Origin: Bacteroidaceae bacterium
Lineage (GTDB): Bacteria > Bacteroidota > Bacteroidia > Bacteroidales > Bacteroidaceae
Assembly (NCBI GenBank): GCA_017547385.1
Contig: JAFYPU010000003.1
Coordinates: 1,369-65,368 of the forward strand
Direction of reading: 5' to 3'
DNA length: 64,000 bases
Notes under the pieces: model-generated
Told to the model about the DNA's origin: nothing
The model's database searches: none
Seen by the model: the letters and a program-made list of their open reading frames with translations, nothing else
Shown here: positions 59,487 through 64,000 of the stretch, one piece after another
How the letters are laid out: every line of letters starts with the position of its first letter
Position numbering within the stretch: the first letter of the stretch is position 1
Position numbers and translations under genes: made by a program

Positions 59487-61406
59487 TCAATGGGGCGGCT
59501 GCCAAAAGTATTTGTCGTCTGTCGTGGTCAGTCCTCCGTATACGAAGCCTTGCGGAATGAGTGTTATCATCGGTGTTCGCGGATTCTCGCCCGGCCCTTC
59601 AGCCTGGCTCTGACTGGTGGCGAATGAACTGATGATGTAGAGGTTCTTGGCCATATAGTTCTCCAGATATTCCTCTGTGCTTGTCCGGTTCTTGTGGTTC
59701 CAGTTGGCATTTTCATTGACCACCAGCGGCAGTCCCTTCTGCAACCTCTCACGCACCTCGCCGGGGTGTAGCAATGTGCCGTGCTCATCGGTTACGTAGG
59801 CCTCCCAAGTGGGGTCCACCCATATCCATTTGCCAAGGCTCTCGCTCCAGGCGATGCATATCACGTGGCTGTCCGAATCGGTGGCGTAGTGCTTGGACTG
59901 ACAGCCGATGTAGCGTGCCGGAATTCCCACCGAGAGCAGCATTTCGTTGAGCATGATGGCCATAAAACGGCAGTTGAGTGGGCGATTTTCTCTTTGACAG
60001 GTTTCATACAGGTCAACGGCATTGATATGGCAATTGGGCCACTTGGAACTGCCATCGTGCCGTATGTTGTTGTGCACCCACGCAAGCAGATTTTTGATGC
60101 GGCTGACGTCGTCTCCGCTACCGGCTATGCTGTCGGTGTTGAAGTATCGGCGCGTGCGTTGCAGCAGGCTGTCGGACACGTCGGCATACTTGAACGCCGG
60201 CAAATCGGTGCGCTCGTTTTCAGCAACGTATGGTGCAGACCCGCGGAGTATTTCCAAATAAGTTTTTCCTCCATCCGTGTTCAGGTGGCTGCGCTTTTCG
60301 CTAATTCGGTCCGCCATTTCCGTTAATCCTTGTTCGCGAGCTGCCTTCAGGATGGCTTCGCTGCTGTTCCAGGCCACACGTATCATGAAGATGTTGTTGC
60401 TTTGCAGACAACGTTCCACCCACTCCCAAGATTGCTTGATGGACGTTTCCCAGTCCTTGTAGGCAGCGCGTTGAGCAGCTGTGGAAGAGGGGAGTTCGGC
60501 CTCCACTCCGCTATTCAGCACAACGCCGCTCACGGTGTATGCCTTGAATTGCGGTGTGTTTATCCCTGCTCCGAAATATGTATTGAATACCACACCGCAA
60601 AACTCCACGCTTGTCAGCGATGGGCAGTCGGCCACAAACTGCGTGCCGCCGGTGTTGATTACATTCCCGAGAAAGCGGATGGCTTTCAGTCGTGGGTTGC
60701 CGGAAAAGACGTAGCCATCGATATGTCCCACCGTGCCACGAAAGTCAACAGTCTCCAAGTGAGGCATATTGCAGAATGAGCCTCCGCCAACGTAGTCGAT
60801 GTCGTGAAGGCGTACCCTGCGGATGGCGTTGCATTGGGCAAAGGCATCTGAAAACATAAAGTCGGTGTGTGGCATACGGCCAAGCTCTATCTGCGTGAGT
60901 TGCCGGCAATTGTAAAAAGCGTGAATGCGCACCATGCAATTGTCCGGCACACGCACTTCGCGCAGGGCGGTGTGGGCAAAACTATAGATTCCGATGGTGT
61001 CGGTGCGTTCGGGCAGTACAACACTCTCAAGGTTGTTGCATTTATCGAAAAGGCAGTCGGGCAAAGAGTGAGCCGAGCGGACGGAATAATTGCGGTCGGC
61101 ATAGAAATACGGACGTCCGCCGGGAACGAACGAGACTTCACGCAGATCCACATGACTGATGCGTCCGGGAGTTTCATTTCCCAAAGTGTCGCGGCCGCAA
61201 AGGAATCTCAGGGTGCGGATGTCCTCTGCATTGAGCGTTCCGCTGATTTTGAGAGAAGTGATGGCGTCTTTGCTTTTTGCCTTGATGCGTTCGGCCAGTG
61301 TGCCGGGTGTTTTCACTTTTACTCTCACGCTTTGGGCAACCATGGGCAGTGCTTGGCACAAAGACAAGCCTGCGGTGAGGAGAATGACAGAAAGAGTTTT
61401 TCTCAT
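59487..61406 (-). CDS. BspA-type leucine-rich-repeat protein fused to a transglutaminase-like domain
   Basis: Signal peptide; PGTL...LKISGTLNAED cap; LESVVLP and AFYNC LRR_5-like repeats; NCR...SHV...WVDPT Cys-His-Asp triad. Alternative start 61433. Confidence 0.85.
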   Translation of the reverse strand: MRKTLSVILLTAGLSLCQALPMVAQSVRVKVKTPGTLAERIKAKSKDAITSLKISGTLNAEDIRTLRFLCGRDTLGNETPGRISHVDLREVSFVPGGRPYFYADRNYSVRSAHSLPDCLFDKCNNLESVVLPERTDTIGIYSFAHTALREVRVPDNCMVRIHAFYNCRQLTQIELGRMPHTDFMFSDAFAQCNAIRRVRLHDIDYVGGGSFCNMPHLETVDFRGTVGHIDGYVFSGNPRLKAIRFLGNVINTGGTQFVADCPSLTSVEFCGVVFNTYFGAGINTPQFKAYTVSGVVLNSGVEAELPSSTAAQRAAYKDWETSIKQSWEWVERCLQSNNIFMIRVAWNSSEAILKAAREQGLTEMADRISEKRSHLNTDGGKTYLEILRGSAPYVAENERTDLPAFKYADVSDSLLQRTRRYFNTDSIAGSGDDVSRIKNLLAWVHNNIRHDGSSKWPNCHINAVDLYETCQRENRPLNCRFMAIMLNEMLLSVGIPARYIGCQSKHYATDSDSHVICIAWSESLGKWIWVDPTWEAYVTDEHGTLLHPGEVRERLQKGLPLVVNENANWNHKNRTSTEEYLENYMAKNLYIISSFATSQSQAEGPGENPRTPMITLIPQGFVYGGLTTTDDKYFWQPPH

Positions 61407-61617
61407 GATGTGTGGTATTTGAATTTTTATCAATGGCTGAAATGAAACGAGCCTCTAATAATATAACACACGAGAAGGCTTTTTGTTACAAGATTTCCGC
61501 AAACTAATACACGCGTCATCGTGTATTAGTTTTGTAAGTGTGTAGTAGCCAGTTGATAAATGTGCTTTGTTGATTTTAATTATAAGTAAAAATTTTTCAA
61601 CCGGGGAAGCACGAAAA

Positions 61618-61676
61618 TCTGCAAGGCGTTTAGAATTTTCTACAAGCACTGCAGAAAATTCTAAACGCCTTGCAGA
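61618..61676. repeat. Family A 21-bp-phased palindrome array, 3 units
   Basis: TCTGCAAGGCGTTTAGA / TCTACAAGCACTGCAGA / TCTAAACGCCTTGCAGA; the outer units are exact reverse complements. Confidence 0.92.
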
Positions 61677-61712
61677 TTTATCCCCATTGGGCGAGGAGAT
61701 AGATGCAAGCAC

Positions 61713-61756
61713 AAAAAAGCAGCGGACAGGGGTGTCGGTTCACTCCTGTCCGCTGC
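61713..61756 (-). terminator. nagA terminator
   Basis: AAAAAAGCAGCGGACAGGGGTG-tcggtt-CACTCCTGTCCGCTGC. Confidence 0.85.
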
Positions 61757-61789
61757 GGTATGTTGTTCTCGGCCGAGGCCGAATTTGCG

Positions 61790-62953
61790 TTAAGCCACTT
61801 CGTTTTTCACCACGCGACCCATTTGCATCACGAAGGTGAGGTCAAGGTTTTCATTGGGCGAGAACATGATGATGTCAGCATCTTTCCCCACTTCGAGTGT
61901 GCCCTTGCGGTCGAGCACTCCCATGATGCGAGCCGGTGTCTCGCTGATCATGCGGCAAGCATCGGCCAAAGGAATTCCGGCTTGCTGCACGCTGGTGCGC
62001 ACCAAGCGGTCCATCGTGGCAATGCTGCCTGCCAAGGCTGAGCGGTCGGCAAGTTTGCAAACGCCATCCTCATAGATAACGCGCGGATCGAAGGCTGTGG
62101 TTTCGTTGCTCGCAGCACCGGCCAGGGCATCCGTAACGAGGGCCGTCTTCTCCACACCCTTGATTTGATAGACCATGCGGAGCATCACGGGAGGCACGTG
62201 TATGCCGTCGGCAATCAGCTCTACGGTCATGTTCTGTTCGGCCAAGATGCTTTCCACCGTACCGGCTTCTTTGAACTCGCGGTTCTTGTAGACCACAGGC
62301 ATGGCGTTGTAGAAGTGGGTGGCGTGTGTCATTCCTGCCTCATTGGCGGCTTTCACTTCGCCATACTTGGCACGAGTGTGTGCTATGGAGGGCAGACATC
62401 CGTGTGCCACGCAGCATTTGATAAAGGGGATGGAGCCGTCCAGTTCGGGGGCATTGTCCCAACGCTTGATGCAGGGATATTTGTCGAGCAGGGGTTCGTA
62501 TTCTTCAGCCACGGGTGCCTTGATCCATTCGGGGATTTGCGCACCGGCTTGTGCCATGTTGAAATACGGGCCTTCGAGGTGCAAACCCAAGATGGGGCTG
62601 TTGGGCTCGTCCATGAGCTTTTGGCAAGTTTCGCATGCGGCTTCAATCATGGGAACGGTGCTTGACGAGAGGGTGGGATAGATGGCAGTGGTGCCATACT
62701 GCATGTGGGCATCGACTGCTACGCGGAAAGCCTCTTCCGTGCCCTCCATGAAGTCGCGTCCACCGCCACCGTGAACGTGCATCTCGATGCCGCCCGGCAC
62801 CACGTGTGCTCCCTTGGCATCGATAATCTCAGCTCCGTCGCGCGGGGTGCTGTCGGCTGCAATTTCCACTATTTTTCCATTTTCCACCACAAGGCTGCCG
62901 CCTTCCAGCCAGCCGTTGGGGGTAAGAATGTGTCCGTTGATGATTTGTTTCAT
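61790..62953 (-). CDS. nagA: N-acetylglucosamine-6-phosphate deacetylase
   Basis: HVHGGGG, GLHLEGPY, HATHFYNAM, IADGIHVP, LAGSIATMD and GKDADI motifs. Confidence 0.95.
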   Translation of the reverse strand: MKQIINGHILTPNGWLEGGSLVVENGKIVEIAADSTPRDGAEIIDAKGAHVVPGGIEMHVHGGGGRDFMEGTEEAFRVAVDAHMQYGTTAIYPTLSSSTVPMIEAACETCQKLMDEPNSPILGLHLEGPYFNMAQAGAQIPEWIKAPVAEEYEPLLDKYPCIKRWDNAPELDGSIPFIKCCVAHGCLPSIAHTRAKYGEVKAANEAGMTHATHFYNAMPVVYKNREFKEAGTVESILAEQNMTVELIADGIHVPPVMLRMVYQIKGVEKTALVTDALAGAASNETTAFDPRVIYEDGVCKLADRSALAGSIATMDRLVRTSVQQAGIPLADACRMISETPARIMGVLDRKGTLEVGKDADIIMFSPNENLDLTFVMQMGRVVKNEVA

Positions 62954-63157
62954 ATTGATTTGGGTTAGTTAGAATTTGTTGTTTGGTTCTTTGCATGCGC
63001 TCTGCGAGAGCTTGTGTACCACTTATAAGCCTTTCCGGGAGCATTGCAAGGCAAATGTAGGCTTTTTTCTTTTGTTAAACCACAATGTTATGTTTTTTAT
63101 TGATATTTTCGTTTTTTCAAACAATAAAAAGGGATTTCCGTGGTTATATATAGGAAT

Positions 63158-64000
63158 ATGAAGAAGCATAAATCAAATATCATAGAGCGGTCGGCTCGTT
63201 GGTGCATGGTGGTGGCTGTTGTGGCTACGCTTGTGGCGTGTGGCAGTGTGGAGAGAAGCGTGAAGCGCGGCGATGCCGCCTTGGCTTTGGGTGAGTATCA
63301 CGAAGCGGCCACGCACTATAAGAAAGCCTACGGACGTGTGCCGGCCTCTGAGAAAACAAAGCGCGGAGCTCTGGCCTATAAAATGGCGGAATGTTATCGC
63401 GCTTATGGAAATGTGGCCCGCGCTCTGGGTGCGTATCGCACGGCGGAGCGTTACAAGTATACCGACACGCTCACTTATTATTACATCGGCGAAATGCAAC
63501 GCTCAATGGGTGATTACAAGTCAGCGGAGAAATACTATTCGCTCTACCTTGAGCAGCATCCCGGAGATGCGAATGCCCGGCGCGGTGTGGCTTCGTGCCA
63601 ACTTGCACCTCAGATGAAGGAACGCGGTTCGGCCTATACGGTGAAGCTCGACCGACAGTTCAACAGTTCGCGAGCCGATTTCTGTCCCGCTCTCTTGGGT
63701 GAGGATGCCGGCATGCAGATTTATTTCACCACCACTCGCAACACGGTAACCGGTTCGGAGCTGAGCGGAATTACCGGTGGCCGCAACGGAGATGTGTTCT
63801 TTGCCAAGAAAGATGACAAAGGGCGTTGGAAAGCTCCCGAGATGGTGGAGGGAGGTCTCAACACTGATTTTGACGAAGGAGCATGTTCTTTCAGTCCCGA
63901 TGGGAAAACAATGTATCTCACTGTGTGTCGCACCGACCCACAATATCCTCGCATGGCCGAAATCTGGACATCGCAACGCAGCGAAGCAGCCTGGGGAAAA
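63158..64000 (+). CDS. porE: PorE-like T9SS lipoprotein (TPR + PD40 propeller), 5' part only
   Basis: Not in the ORF track. Manual translation MKKHKSN...VATLVAC(lipobox)GSVERSVKRGDAALALGEYHEAATHYKKAY...FNSSRADFCP...GLNTDFDEGACSFSPDGKTMYLTVC is open to the window end. Confidence 0.82.
   Translation, partial: MKKHKSNIIERSARWCMVVAVVATLVACGSVERSVKRGDAALALGEYHEAATHYKKAYGRVPASEKTKRGALAYKMAECYRAYGNVARALGAYRTAERYKYTDTLTYYYIGEMQRSMGDYKSAEKYYSLYLEQHPGDANARRGVASCQLAPQMKERGSAYTVKLDRQFNSSRADFCPALLGEDAGMQIYFTTTRNTVTGSELSGITGGRNGDVFFAKKDDKGRWKAPEMVEGGLNTDFDEGACSFSPDGKTMYLTVCRTDPQYPRMAEIWTSQRSEAAWGK

Overview
A 64-kb chromosomal segment from a Bacteroidales bacterium, probably Prevotellaceae-like. This is inferred from TAnnTTTG promoters, T9SS cargo proteins, a porE-like gene and gene neighbourhoods. 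Most of it is housekeeping: serS-ruvX-def-TPR-U32 operon, tamB, rubrerythrin, pyrBI-flavin reductase-glyA, ZIP transporter, cyclophilin, tRNA-Tyr, ribH, recF-DUF721, porin-pstSCAB, lon-tgt-lptF/G, DEAD-box helicase, FNT channel, acyl-CoA synthetase and nagA. It also holds four large T9SS-type surface proteins and a creD remnant. I saw no integrase, transposase, reverse transcriptase, cas gene or CRISPR array. The least explained signals are non-coding: (1) two families of dispersed intergenic arrays of short palindromes with fixed phasing, a 21-bp family at 7 loci and a 22-bp TCATGCGCATGA family at 3 loci; (2) a self-contained ~64-nt sRNA candidate whose 5' half is antisense to a typical ATG-AAA translation start; (3) an 11-bp-phased Pho-box-like array over the pst promoter; (4) a structured pyrB leader; (5) an 85-bp tandem duplication at the recF promoter. 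All calls come from reading the sequence; no database searches were run.
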